Source: Verrucomicrobiota bacterium
GTDB taxonomy: Bacteria; Verrucomicrobiota; Verrucomicrobiia; Limisphaerales; CANJSG01
Direction of reading: 5' to 3'
DNA length: 41,995 nucleotides
Assembly (NCBI GenBank): GCA_038209745.1
Contig: JBBQXJ010000039.1
Span: 1-41,995 of the forward strand
Shown here one piece after another: positions 29,852-41,995 of this stretch (within the stretch, counting starts at the first letter, position 1; every line of letters starts with the position of its first letter). Made by a program: the position numbers and the translations under genes. The notes under the pieces were generated by a model. The model worked only from the letters and a program-made list of their open reading frames with translations. It had not been told where the DNA came from and did not search any database.

Positions 29852-29934
29852 CCACCGCTGGGCATCGGTCGGGAATTGAAAACCCGCCGCCCAGCCCCTT
29901 CCGCATCGGCCGATGAGCCGCAGTCGGGAGGGGT

Positions 29935-30107
29935 CCGCCAGGTTGGGGAACCCGGCCTACAGGTCTCGGCGAACCGAGGGACATCCGATGTCGCGCCAGT
30001 GTCGTGGACTGCGCCGGGGCTCCAGCGCTTATGGGGAGTGGCTGATTGGCTCCGAGAATTGTCCTCCCCAAAGCGGCGCAGCAGAGCCGCAGTCCAAAAG
30101 CTTCGCC
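29935..30107. repeat. Intergenic REP-like elements
   Basis: ccgccaggttggggaacccggcctac (GTAG-type on the minus strand) and the inverted pair tggactgcg ... cgcagtcca. Confidence 0.55.
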
Positions 30108-30201
30108 GATGGCGGACACCTCACTGTTGGCTGCTTGTCATCAGACTTCGAGGACAGGCTGGAAGCGCTGTCCTGCCCTGCAGCTGGGCCCTTTTGTTCC
30201 G

Positions 30202-31359
30202 TCATTTGCGGATCTTCGACAATTGTTCAGCGATTGTGTCTTTCACCTTGGCGAAGGCGGCCTTCTGTTGCGGGGTTTTCAGATAGGGTTCCAATTCTTC
30301 CACCGTGTTGGGCTCTTTCCCGCCGTGTTCGATCGCATACTGCCCGACAGGTGCTCGGAGTGAATTCATCAAAGCCGTGTTGGGATCAATTTTGAACTCA
30401 CCCGTGGAATATCCCACCGCTCCGACCAGCCATCGCGAGTCGTTATCCTCGTCGACAGCCGATTTTTGGGTAATCACCCAGTCGCCTCCGAGTCTCGATT
30501 GGAACTGGTCCGAGGGCAGGACAGTGTAGCGCTGTAGCCACGACGCATCGTCGGGCGGTTTGAGGTAGGTGGCGAGGTCCGCAGGCGATTTTGGAAAGGC
30601 ACCGTCATGGGTTTGTTGAAAGAGCATCACTCCGCTTTGTATTTCACTGGCGAATGTGTTGTCAGCGGCTCTTCGAGCTGCGCTGAGGGCCTTCCTGATG
30701 CCTTGTTCGGAATCGAGATCCGCATTGCGACCGTATGAGAGCCAATCGTCCTCGTCGATCAGGGCGAGCTCCGGAATCCACTGGTCGGGACGATCTGCGA
30801 ATAGGTGGTGCAGCTTCTCCTTGTTCGCCTTCCACCTCAGCGCCTCCTGCACATCCGGATCCGCGCCGGAGACTTCGCGCTGGGTTTTGTCCGGGAGCTG
30901 GACGGCTTGTCGATGGAGCTTCAGCCCGTCGATGGCTTGAGCTTGGAGACGGTCGTTCTCGGCGTTGAGCGAGGCGACGAGATTGGTGAGCCCTGTGAGC
31001 CCGACTTTCGAATCTGTGATGCGTCCCTTGAAGACCCGACGTTCCTCTCCGAAACGTTCAATGTCGCGGTAATCAGTCCGACGGGCGCGGCCTGCACGGC
31101 GTGGGCGGAGATGGCGGCGGTCAGACCCGCAATGGACGCGGTGGCGACGGCGGAGCTCGGTGCGGCGGAGATCAAGGGCCTCGTAACGGACGCCGCGATA
31201 GAGCCAGCCGATGATCGAGGCGAGATCGGGCGAGTCCACTTGCCGAAGCGCGGCGGAATACACGAGATCCGCATGGCGCCGGACCAGCTCGGCGAAGGCG
31301 GCTTCGGAGCCGTCGGTCGCGTAGGAGCGCAGGAGCTGGATGTCGGACGTGGACTGCAT
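30202..31359 (-). pseudogene. Deletion-collapsed ECF sigma factor with a C-terminal extension
   Basis: SDIQLLRSYATDGSEAAFAELVRRHADLVYSAALRQV jumps to GWLYRGVRYEALDLRRTELRRR. Region 4 is absent, and the conserved ISAHAVQAAPVGL linker lies in another frame. Confidence 0.72.
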
Positions 31360-31414
31360 TCACCGGTTAAACCGCCACCGGATCCGGAATCCGACAGAAT
31401 ACTTTCCCGCCACC

Positions 31415-32305
31415 TCAAGACCCGCTTCGCCCCGAGCGCTTCGCAACGGCGGGTTTCCAGAGCGCGAACAGCTCATCGGCCCGCCGCAGATACGCTTTGG
31501 TCTGTCGGTCATGGCGGCGCTGGACCACGCCATGGAACCGACGGAGCCGCCCGGCTTCCTCCGGTTCGCGGCGCAGGTACTTTTTCACGGCGGCCAGCAG
31601 AGTTCTCGAGTCTTGGATCCCGCCCATCAGTTTCTGCTGGGCGCGAAGAGCCGCCGCTTGATCGCCGTCCGGAATGGAACCCACCGCCGCCATCGCCTCG
31701 CGCATGTAGCGGAAGTTCTTGAAGGCGATCCGGACGCGATGGATCGAATCCGGGTCCGCCGGATCCATCGCCCGCAGGGCCGAGACGGTCCGGGCGAAGG
31801 CGCCGTCCACGCTCTTCCGGATGGACGCCTCCACCCGCCCTCCCCGGCGAGTCTCCGCCTCGGCTTTTTGCAGGCGTTCTCGAACGTCGCGGACCATGGC
31901 CTTCAATTCCGCCAGACGGGTGTTTCGGAGCTCACGGGCAAACTTGCGGCGACAACGTCGTTCGCGCCGGCCCAGCTCCCGGGCGAAGCCCTTCGTACCC
32001 GAACAGCGCTTCGAATCGGCCGTCACTTGCAGCCTCATCAGCTGCACGTCGCGGATCCGGCCCGCCGCTTTGAACGACGGCTTGAGCAGCGTGTTGAAGC
32101 GCCCCGTCGGAATATCGCCCAACATCGGCCCCAACAGATCGAGGGACGCCTGCAGCCGCCGGGTCAGCACGCGCAGCTGATGGATCGATTCCGAAGTGGG
32201 AGCCTTTCGGCAATGTTTGGACATCCGCCGATAAGCCCGCCACGCGCCGGCGAACACGTCGTCCAGCCGCGACAATTCCCATCGGTCCTTTGTTCCGGTT
32301 TTCAT
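31415..32305 (-). CDS. CHAD-domain (polyphosphate-binding) protein
   Basis: ESIHQLRVLTRRLQA, AGRIRDVQL, IHRVRIAFKNFRYMRE, QKLMGGIQD. Confidence 0.85.
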   Translation of the reverse strand: MKTGTKDRWELSRLDDVFAGAWRAYRRMSKHCRKAPTSESIHQLRVLTRRLQASLDLLGPMLGDIPTGRFNTLLKPSFKAAGRIRDVQLMRLQVTADSKRCSGTKGFARELGRRERRCRRKFARELRNTRLAELKAMVRDVRERLQKAEAETRRGGRVEASIRKSVDGAFARTVSALRAMDPADPDSIHRVRIAFKNFRYMREAMAAVGSIPDGDQAAALRAQQKLMGGIQDSRTLLAAVKKYLRREPEEAGRLRRFHGVVQRRHDRQTKAYLRRADELFALWKPAVAKRSGRSGS

Positions 32306-32329
32306 GGCCACGCTCCGGGCCGACAGCCG

Positions 32330-32638
32330 ATGAAAGACAAACCTCCTTCACCGCCGGCCATTGTCCCCGAGCTATCTACACCCTGCCCGACGGTTGACCA
32401 GAAGACGATCGGCTCCAAGGCCCGACACTTTTTTGATCCCACCCCAAGCCTGGTCAACGGCAGCATGGCGGTCGATCTCGCCACCCAACCCGGCCGCCAC
32501 TACGAGATCCGTCGCCTCACGGACATCGCTTCCGGCAGCTCCACCCTCGTCGCCGAGATCGCCGGCGACGGCTACATCCAGCACATCTCCACCCCGGCCA
32601 ACTCCGGCACGCTCTTCGTGACCCTGCGGCGCAAGTGA
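32330..32638 (+). other. Short ORF or remnant resembling a stand-alone C-terminal domain of secreted proteins
   Basis: MAVDLATQPGRHYEIRRLTDIASGSSTLVAEIAGDG...TLFVTLRRK with genome-typical codons; the N-terminal part looks non-coding. Confidence 0.4.
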
Positions 32639-32713
32639 ACCATTCCCGGTCCGCGCAGGGTCACGAATCCAAGCTGGAGACCCGCTCCGGGGCTGTTACG
32701 GTTTTCCGACGAT

Positions 32714-35395
32714 ATGTCCGAAGCCGCCGTCCAGTCCGCTCCCGCCACCAGCAACATGGTCCCAATGTTGCCCGAACTGCTCGCGCCGGCCGGCGACTGG
32801 GAATGCGCGCGCGCGGCGGTGGAGAACGGCGCGGATGCGATCTACTTCGGCCTGGATCGCTTCAACGCCCGGATGCGGGCCCACAACTTCACCGAGGCCG
32901 ATCTGCCGGACTTGATGGCCTTCCTCCATCGGCGCGGCGTGCGGGGCTACGTGACCTTCAACACGCTGGTCTTCACCGCCGAGCTGCCGGACGCGGAACA
33001 ATACCTGCGCGCGGTCATCGCGGCCGGGGTCGATGCGGCCATCGTGCAGGACGTGGGCATCTGCCGCTTGATCCGCCGGATCTCGCCGGACTTTCCCATC
33101 CACGCCTCCACGCAGATGACGATCACCAGCGCGGCCGGCGTGGAGTTCGCCCGTGAGCTGGGCTGCAACCTGGCGGTCCTCGCGCGGGAATGTTCCATCG
33201 CCGAGATCGAGAAGATGCGCATGGCCACTGACGAAGACCGAAGGCCAAAGGCCGAATCGGACGCCGACAGTTCGGCCTTCGGCCTTCGACCTTTGTCATT
33301 GCCCCTCGAAGTATTCGTCCACGGAGCGCTCTGCGTCGCCTACTCGGGCCAGTGCCTGACGAGCGAAGCGTTGGGAGGGCGCTCGGCCAATCGCGGCGAA
33401 TGCGCCCAGGCTTGCCGGATGACCTACGACTTGTTGTCCGACGGTCGGCAGGTGGATCTGGGCGGTCGCCAGTATCTGCTGAGCCCCCAGGATCTGGCGG
33501 GATTGGAAGTGCTGCCGGATCTGGTGAAAGCGGGCGTGAGTTCGCTGAAGATCGAGGGCCGGCTGAAGGCGCCGGAATACGTGGCCAGCATCACCCGGGT
33601 CTACCGCAAGGCGCTTGATCGGTTGAGGAGTGATGGAGTCTTGGAGTCTTGGGTCGAGGGAGAGGGCGCAGTCACTCCACCGCTTCAGAACTCCATCACT
33701 CCGCCCTCCCCGGCCGACCGCTACGAGATGGAGATGGCCTTCAGCCGGGGGCTTTACACGGGCTGGTTCCGCGGCATCCAGAACCAGGAGCTGGTCCACG
33801 CGCGGTTCGGCAAGAAGCGCGGAGTGTATCTGGGCGAAGTGGTCGAGGTGAACGGCGACCGGGTCGGGCTGCGGCTGGAATCGGAGTTGAAGCCGGGAGA
33901 CGGGGTGGTCTTCGACGCCGGCAAACCGAGCAAGGAAGAGGAGGGCGGCTCGGTCTACTACGTCGACGACCGGGACGGACTGAGCTGGTTGGGCTTCGGT
34001 CCGGACGCGATCGACTTTCGCCGCGTCGTGCCCGGCAACAAGCTCTGGAAAACGAGCGATCCCGTGCTGGAGCGCCAGCTCCGGCAGACCTTCGAGGGTG
34101 AAAAGATCCGCTTCCAACGCCCGATCACCGTCGAGGTCCACGGCGCCATCGACCTGCCGTTGACGCTCATCCTGCGCGACGAGCTGGGCCACGTGGTCCA
34201 AGCGGCGTCCGAGCTGAAGCTGGCCAAGGCCGAGACGCAGCCGCTGACGACGGAGAAGCTGACCGATCAGCTCGGCCGCCTGGGCGGAACGCCGTTCCGG
34301 CTCGGTCGATTGGTCAACAAGCTGGAGGGCGAAGTCATCCTGCCCGTGAGCGAGTTGAACCGCCTGCGACGCGACACCGCGACGCGACTGGACGCGCTGC
34401 GGGCCGAGCCCAAGCGGTGGACGATGAACGCGGCGGAGGGAGCTTGGTCCGGCATCCTGGATCGGGCATCCGGGATCGAGTCTTCAGGAGTCCCCCTCGA
34501 CACCTCGGCGGCTACGGCCGAGCCGGAGCTCATCGTGCTCGTTCGCAGTCTGGTGCAATTGGAGGCGGCGCTGACGTGCGGGGTGCAGACGGTCTATTGC
34601 GAGTTCGAGGATCCGAAGAAGTATCGCCAGGCGGTCGCCATGTTCCACACCGCGCGCGGTTGCCATGCATCCGGCATCGGGGGTCCGGGATCGGTTCCCT
34701 CCATCTGGGTGGCCCCGCCGCGCATCTTCAAGGCGGGCGAGGAATGGATCCTCGAGCAGGTCCGTTCGAGCAACGCCGACGGCTACCTGGTCCGGAACCA
34801 CGAGCACCTGCGGCACTTCGCGGACTGCCGGTGCATCGGCGATTTCTCGCTGAACGTGGCCAATCCCCTGACGGCGGACTACTTCATGCAGCGTTTCGGA
34901 CTGGAGCGCCTGACAGCGGCCTACGATCTGAACATCACGCAGCTCGAAGGTCTTTTGCAGGGGGCTCCGCCGGAGTGGTTCGAGGTGACGATCCACCAGC
35001 ACATGCCGATGTTTCACATGGAGCACTGCGTGTTCTGCGCCTTCCTCTCGAAGGGCAAGGACTACAGCGACTGCGGCAGGCCCTGCGACAAGCACGAGGT
35101 CAAGCTGCGCGACCGTGTGGGCCAGGAACACGTGCTCAAGGCCGACGCCGGTTGCCGCAACACGCTCTTCAACGCCCGGGCCCAGACCGGCGCCGAGGGC
35201 GTCGAACGCCTGCTGGCGCTGGGATTGCGGAAGTTCCGGATCGAGTTCGTGTCCGAAGGCGCGACGGAAGTGTCCAAGACCATCGCCCAATACCGGAAGC
35301 TGCTGCGCGGCGAGACTTCGGGGGCGGCGCTGTGGCAGGAATTGAAGCTGATGAACCAGCTCGGCGTGACCCGGGGTTCCCTCGAAAAAAGCTGA
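32714..35395 (+). CDS. Peptidase U32-family protein with a DUF3656-like region (RlhA-like Fe-S RNA hydroxylase)
   Basis: PELLAPAG, IHASTQMT, LEVFVHGALCVAYSGQC...NRGECAQACR, LKIEGRLK, HMEHCVFC; four in-frame repeat insertions. Confidence 0.9.
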   Translation: MSEAAVQSAPATSNMVPMLPELLAPAGDWECARAAVENGADAIYFGLDRFNARMRAHNFTEADLPDLMAFLHRRGVRGYVTFNTLVFTAELPDAEQYLRAVIAAGVDAAIVQDVGICRLIRRISPDFPIHASTQMTITSAAGVEFARELGCNLAVLARECSIAEIEKMRMATDEDRRPKAESDADSSAFGLRPLSLPLEVFVHGALCVAYSGQCLTSEALGGRSANRGECAQACRMTYDLLSDGRQVDLGGRQYLLSPQDLAGLEVLPDLVKAGVSSLKIEGRLKAPEYVASITRVYRKALDRLRSDGVLESWVEGEGAVTPPLQNSITPPSPADRYEMEMAFSRGLYTGWFRGIQNQELVHARFGKKRGVYLGEVVEVNGDRVGLRLESELKPGDGVVFDAGKPSKEEEGGSVYYVDDRDGLSWLGFGPDAIDFRRVVPGNKLWKTSDPVLERQLRQTFEGEKIRFQRPITVEVHGAIDLPLTLILRDELGHVVQAASELKLAKAETQPLTTEKLTDQLGRLGGTPFRLGRLVNKLEGEVILPVSELNRLRRDTATRLDALRAEPKRWTMNAAEGAWSGILDRASGIESSGVPLDTSAATAEPELIVLVRSLVQLEAALTCGVQTVYCEFEDPKKYRQAVAMFHTARGCHASGIGGPGSVPSIWVAPPRIFKAGEEWILEQVRSSNADGYLVRNHEHLRHFADCRCIGDFSLNVANPLTADYFMQRFGLERLTAAYDLNITQLEGLLQGAPPEWFEVTIHQHMPMFHMEHCVFCAFLSKGKDYSDCGRPCDKHEVKLRDRVGQEHVLKADAGCRNTLFNARAQTGAEGVERLLALGLRKFRIEFVSEGATEVSKTIAQYRKLLRGETSGAALWQELKLMNQLGVTRGSLEKS

Positions 35396-35405
35396 TTCCG
35401 ACTCA

Positions 35406-35421
35406 TGGCCTGAGATCTGCG
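35406..35421 (+). promoter_or_regulatory. Candidate sigma54 -24/-12 promoter upstream of pilC
   Basis: TGGCCTGAGATCTGCG has correct GG-N10-GC spacing, about 85 bp upstream of the pilC ATG. Confidence 0.4.
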
Positions 35422-35503
35422 TTCCGATGGAGCGATGTAGCCTTTGCGAAAGGCGGGCCCTGCCGGGCGCGCTGCGTGGGGGCGCAGACCCAATCGAAAC
35501 GCC

Positions 35504-36712
35504 ATGCCAGCTTTTACCTACACCGCGCGCGAATCGTCGTCCGGACGCGAAGTCCGGAACATCATCGAAGCAGCCACCGAACAGGCGGCGATCGCGAACC
35601 TGCTCAACAAGAACCTCCTCGTCGTCTCGATCGCGGAGCGGATCGGCAAGACCGGCAAGACCGGCGGCGGCAGCGTGGCGCTGCAGGACATCGTGGTCTT
35701 CACCCGGCAGCTCGCGACGATGGTGGACGCCGGGCTGGCGATGGTGCAGTCGCTCCAGGCACTGAGCGAGCAGACCAGCAACAAGGTGATGAAGGACGTC
35801 ATCAAGGACGTCACGGCCCGGGTGGAAGGAGGCGACAGTTTTTCCGATTCCCTGTCCAAGCATCCCAAGGTCTTCGAACGCCTCTATGTCTCCATGGTGA
35901 GCGCGGGCGAACGCGGCGGTCTGCTCGCGGAGATCCTTTCCCGTCTCGCCACGTATCTGGAAAACACGGCCCGCCTCCGCAAGAAGGTGAAGTCGGCCAT
36001 GATGTATCCCGTCGCGGTGACCACCATCGCCATCGCCATCACGGTCTTCCTGTTGATCAAGGTGGTCCCCGTTTTCGGCGAGATCTACTCCGGGTTCGGC
36101 GCGGCTCTTCCCGGACCCACGCAGTTCCTGATCGATCTCAGCAACATCCTGCGCAAGTGGTTCATCCTCTTCGCGGCGGGCACCGCCGGCTCGATCTGGG
36201 GCTGGCTCTACTTCATCAAGACGCCGCAGGGCCGCTGGTTCTGGGATTCGCGCCGGATCAAGCTCCCCATGTTTGGAAGCATCGCGCACAAGATCTGTCT
36301 CGCCCGGTTCACCCGCACTTTTGCTTCGTTGATCCGCTCCGGCATTCCGATCCTCGAAGTGCTCCAGATCGTCTCCGCCACGGTCGGCAACGTCGTCCTG
36401 GAAAAAGCCATCAAGACCAGCGCGGGCGACATCGAAAAAGGTGAAAGCATCACCAGCGCGCTCGCCAAACATCCGATCTTCCCCTCCATGGTCATCCGTA
36501 TGATCACCGCCGGAGAGCAGACCGGTCAGATCGACAAGATGATGGAGAAGGTGGCCGACTTCCTCGACGAAGAGATCGAGACCACGCTCTCGGGACTGAC
36601 TTCGTTGATCGAGCCGCTGCTGATCGTCTTCCTGGGGGTGACCGTCGGGGGCATCGCGATCTGCATGTTCCTTCCGATCTTCAAGATGAGCGAGATCATC
36701 AACAAGAAGTAG
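35504..36712 (+). CDS. pilC: Type IV pilus inner-membrane platform protein (T2SS F family)
   Basis: MPAFTYTAR, FTRQLATMVDAGL, HPKVF...YVSMVSAGERGG, KVKSAMMYP, AGEQTGQID, LIEP, MFLPIF. Confidence 0.92.
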   Translation: MPAFTYTARESSSGREVRNIIEAATEQAAIANLLNKNLLVVSIAERIGKTGKTGGGSVALQDIVVFTRQLATMVDAGLAMVQSLQALSEQTSNKVMKDVIKDVTARVEGGDSFSDSLSKHPKVFERLYVSMVSAGERGGLLAEILSRLATYLENTARLRKKVKSAMMYPVAVTTIAIAITVFLLIKVVPVFGEIYSGFGAALPGPTQFLIDLSNILRKWFILFAAGTAGSIWGWLYFIKTPQGRWFWDSRRIKLPMFGSIAHKICLARFTRTFASLIRSGIPILEVLQIVSATVGNVVLEKAIKTSAGDIEKGESITSALAKHPIFPSMVIRMITAGEQTGQIDKMMEKVADFLDEEIETTLSGLTSLIEPLLIVFLGVTVGGIAICMFLPIFKMSEIINKK

Positions 36713-36744
36713 AGTTTCAACCCTGGGGCAAGGGTTGGTTGGGG

Positions 36745-36783
36745 GCACCGGGAGGGTCGAAAGGCCCTCCCGGTGTTTTGCTT
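36745..36783 (+). terminator. Intrinsic terminator after pilC
   Basis: gcaccgggagggtc-gaaa-ggccctcccggtgt followed by tttgcttt. Confidence 0.8.
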
Positions 36784-36905
36784 TGAGAATCATTCTCAAT
36801 TCCGCTCAACAGCGGACCGTTTCCCGCCGAAAACCCCGGGGAAGCGCCTAGCCGGAACATGGAATTTTCCGAAGGCCTCTCAAATCCGGGAAACAGGCTC
36901 AGCGT

Positions 36906-38384
<1,479 letters not shown>

Positions 38385-38386
38385 GC

Positions 38387-39115
38387 TTACTTCGGCTTCT
38401 GGACGGAGGCTGTCAGCAGGACGGCCATTCGTTCCCCGTCGTGATCGGAGACCACGAACACACCCCCGAGCGGCGGGATCTGCACGCGAAAGGCAATGTC
38501 CAGATTGGTCCTGACCGACGATGCCGACGCGCCCGCGCCCGGAGTCGTGACTAACGCCGTCGCGAGGAGATCCACCATCCTTCCGTTCAACCGGGGAAGA
38601 AGTTCGACGGTCACTCCTCCCGTAGCCGAAGGGTCTCCGATCCGAACGCTTGAACCGATCGCCTCGCCTGTCTCGACTCGTGGGCGGGAAACAATCGAGA
38701 CGCCGGTGGCGCTCTCCATCCTCGCCTGCAGCAAACCCAGATCCGATTCGGAAAGAATCCAAACCGACAGTCCCTTCTCCGAAAGCTCCGGCTTCAACTC
38801 GCCGGGGCGAATGGCGAATGATCCCGACACCTTCCAGAGCGTAGTTTCCAACACGATGCCCTTGATTCTTGGCAACAAAGCGTAGCGCAGATGCCAAAGC
38901 CAACCCCAGGTCTGGCCCTGCGGAATCCATCGATCCGGTATCGGACCGGAGACGGTCGGGATGGTGAATGGCGTTGGATAGACGACCAGCGAAGGCGGCG
39001 TTTCAGAGCGCGACCGGACGAAGACCACGAGAACGCCGGCCAACAAAAGCACTGTTGTGGCCGCAACACGCCGTCTGGAACCGAACAACCATCGCTTCAA
39101 TCGGAGAATCGGCAT
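38387..39115 (-). CDS. Hypothetical membrane-anchored protein with a secretin-like beta-rich C-terminus
   Basis: N-terminal transmembrane segment; IVSRPRVETGEAIGSSVRIG...GVTVELLPRL...AFRVQIPPLGGVFVV...MAVLLTASV. Confidence 0.55.
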   Translation of the reverse strand: MPILRLKRWLFGSRRRVAATTVLLLAGVLVVFVRSRSETPPSLVVYPTPFTIPTVSGPIPDRWIPQGQTWGWLWHLRYALLPRIKGIVLETTLWKVSGSFAIRPGELKPELSEKGLSVWILSESDLGLLQARMESATGVSIVSRPRVETGEAIGSSVRIGDPSATGGVTVELLPRLNGRMVDLLATALVTTPGAGASASSVRTNLDIAFRVQIPPLGGVFVVSDHDGERMAVLLTASVQKPK

Positions 39116-39214
39116 CGCGCTCTGACAAAACCGCGCCGCGCCGAAAGTTTCCAACTGATCCGTTCAACCGGAGTGCGTGTCCCCACGGACGTGACCGTCC
39201 GGGCTCCGTCGTGA

Positions 39215-40657
39215 TCACGGCACCTGCTCGACGCAGAGAATGTTGGTCCCGTCCGAAATGCCGAAGGGCTGCCCTGCGGAAATCGTGATGATGTCGCCGG
39301 AGCGGGCGAGGTGTTCGGCTTTCACCGCTTCTATGGCCACCTGCTGCATTTCGGAGAAGGAGGTCACCTTGTCGGCAAGACGGGTCTGGACTCCCCACGT
39401 CAGGGCCAAACGACGGCGGATCGACTCGTCGGGACAGAGCGCGAGCAGCGGCGTCTCGGGGCGGTGGCACATGATCCAGCGCGCGGTGGCGCCGGACTCG
39501 GTGTAGGCCACCATCGCCTTCGCCCGGAGCTTGCTGGCGATCTGTTGACAGGAGGCGGACACCGCGCTGCGGACGGTCCAGTTCTCGTGCGCCAACGGGA
39601 ACGAGGAGATCTCCTTCTGGCTGAGGGCGCCTTCCACGCGACGGGCGATCGTCGCCATCATCTCGACCGCCTCAACCGGATATTTACCGATGGCCGATTC
39701 GCCGGAAAGCATGACGGCGTCGGTGCCGTCGAGAATGGCGTTGGCCACGTCGGACGCTTCGGCCCGGGTGGGTTTGTGGTGGGTCGTCATGGACTCCAGC
39801 ATCTGGGTGGCGGTGATGACGGGCGTGGCCTCCATCCGACAGGCCTGGATGATCTGCTTCTGGGCGATGGGCACGTCGGCCAGGCTCATCTCGATGGCCA
39901 GGTCGCCCCGCGCGACCATGACGCCGTAGGCCTCCTTCACGATCTCGCCGATGTCGCCGACGGCGCTCTTCTTCTCGATCTTGGCGATGACGGGAATGTC
40001 CGCACCGCGCTTCCGCATCTCCTCCTTCAGCAGGCGGACGTCGGCGGCGGACTGGACGAAGGAGAGCGCCACGAAGTCGAACTTCTCGGCGATCATCAGC
40101 TCCAGATCGACCAGGTCCTTCCCGGTGACAGAGGGAAGACCGACTTTGCGGCCGGGGAGGTTGATGCCGCGGTTGCTAGAAAGCAGGCCCCCGCGAACGA
40201 TCCGGCAGACAATCTCGCCGTCGGCGAAGATGGATTTCACCCGCAGCAGGAGATTGCCGTCGTCCAGGAGCAGGTCGGCACCGGATTCCAGATCAGCGGC
40301 CAGGCCGGGATAGGACACGCCGATGCGGGCCGGGGTGCCTTTGATGTCTTCGGGGGTGAGAACGATTTCGCCGCCGTTCTCCAGGAGGATCTGGCCGCTG
40401 GACATTTCGCCGACGCGGATGCGGGGGCCGCGCAGATCGCCGAGCACGCCGACAGGCTGCCCGAGCTCGGCGCTGAGGCGGCGGACGAGGGCGAGCTGCT
40501 CGTGCACGACGTCCGGCTTGGCGTGGGAGAAGTTCAACCGGACGACATTGAGGCCGGCCAGGATCATCGCGCGGAGCGTCGGCTCGTTGCTGCTGGCGGG
40601 GCCGAGAGTGGCAACAATGCGGGTGCGTTGGCGGGTCAGACAGGCATCCAGACTCAT
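39215..40657 (-). CDS. pyk: Pyruvate kinase
   Basis: RTRIVATLGPAS, VRLNFSH, DLRGPRIRVG, IAKIE, MVARGDL, TATQMLESM, DGTDAVMLSGESA. Confidence 0.97.
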   Translation of the reverse strand: MSLDACLTRQRTRIVATLGPASSNEPTLRAMILAGLNVVRLNFSHAKPDVVHEQLALVRRLSAELGQPVGVLGDLRGPRIRVGEMSSGQILLENGGEIVLTPEDIKGTPARIGVSYPGLAADLESGADLLLDDGNLLLRVKSIFADGEIVCRIVRGGLLSSNRGINLPGRKVGLPSVTGKDLVDLELMIAEKFDFVALSFVQSAADVRLLKEEMRKRGADIPVIAKIEKKSAVGDIGEIVKEAYGVMVARGDLAIEMSLADVPIAQKQIIQACRMEATPVITATQMLESMTTHHKPTRAEASDVANAILDGTDAVMLSGESAIGKYPVEAVEMMATIARRVEGALSQKEISSFPLAHENWTVRSAVSASCQQIASKLRAKAMVAYTESGATARWIMCHRPETPLLALCPDESIRRRLALTWGVQTRLADKVTSFSEMQQVAIEAVKAEHLARSGDIITISAGQPFGISDGTNILCVEQVP

Positions 40658-40771
40658 GCGGCGCGAATCGTCGCAGGCCGGGCCGGGGGCTCAAGCGTTT
40701 CCCCCGGCCATTTCGCGCCACTGAAAACTCGGCATTGTTCCCGGCTCACGCCCTGTGATTCAGTCACCCCC

Positions 40772-41995
<1,224 letters not shown>

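Noticed and set aside
36715..36790. Riboswitch or ncRNA after pilC (GAAA tetraloop hairpin)
   Set aside because: A single GC-rich stem with a T tail fits an intrinsic terminator, and I recognise no aptamer consensus.

Overview
High-GC bacterial chromosome segment. Gene content and repeat style suggest Verrucomicrobiota, probably Pedosphaera/Limisphaera-like (inference). The left end holds an ISL3 right terminus and a vapBC-type toxin-antitoxin module with a nonsense-interrupted antitoxin, bracketed by a duplicated dinG 3' end. Next come dinG, an EI24/CysZ-like gene, a 1080-aa secreted protein with three ~222-aa repeats and a divergent Fic-like protein. The strongest candidate for a new system follows: a divergently transcribed, expanded MglA/MglB small-GTPase cluster with up to four roadblock-fold domains, a REC-DUF4388 regulator and amphipathic terminal helices. 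The middle holds serB, an NlpC/P60 peptidase and a MarR-led lipid-remodelling operon (marR-lplT-lnt-aas-SGNH hydrolase-decayed Tes-like radical SAM-amidohydrolase). The right part holds a 48-aa Lys/Ala histone-like ORF missed by the ORF track, an exonuclease, a nucleoside phosphorylase, a YjhG/YagF dehydratase, a collapsed ECF sigma pseudogene, a CHAD protein, a U32 protein, pilC, two sigma54 response regulators, a secretin-like protein and pyk. Several REP/REPIN-like and heptamer/octamer palindromic repeat families are present, many inserted in-frame in enzymes. No rRNA, tRNA or CRISPR array was seen. All family calls come from motif recognition by eye, not database searches.
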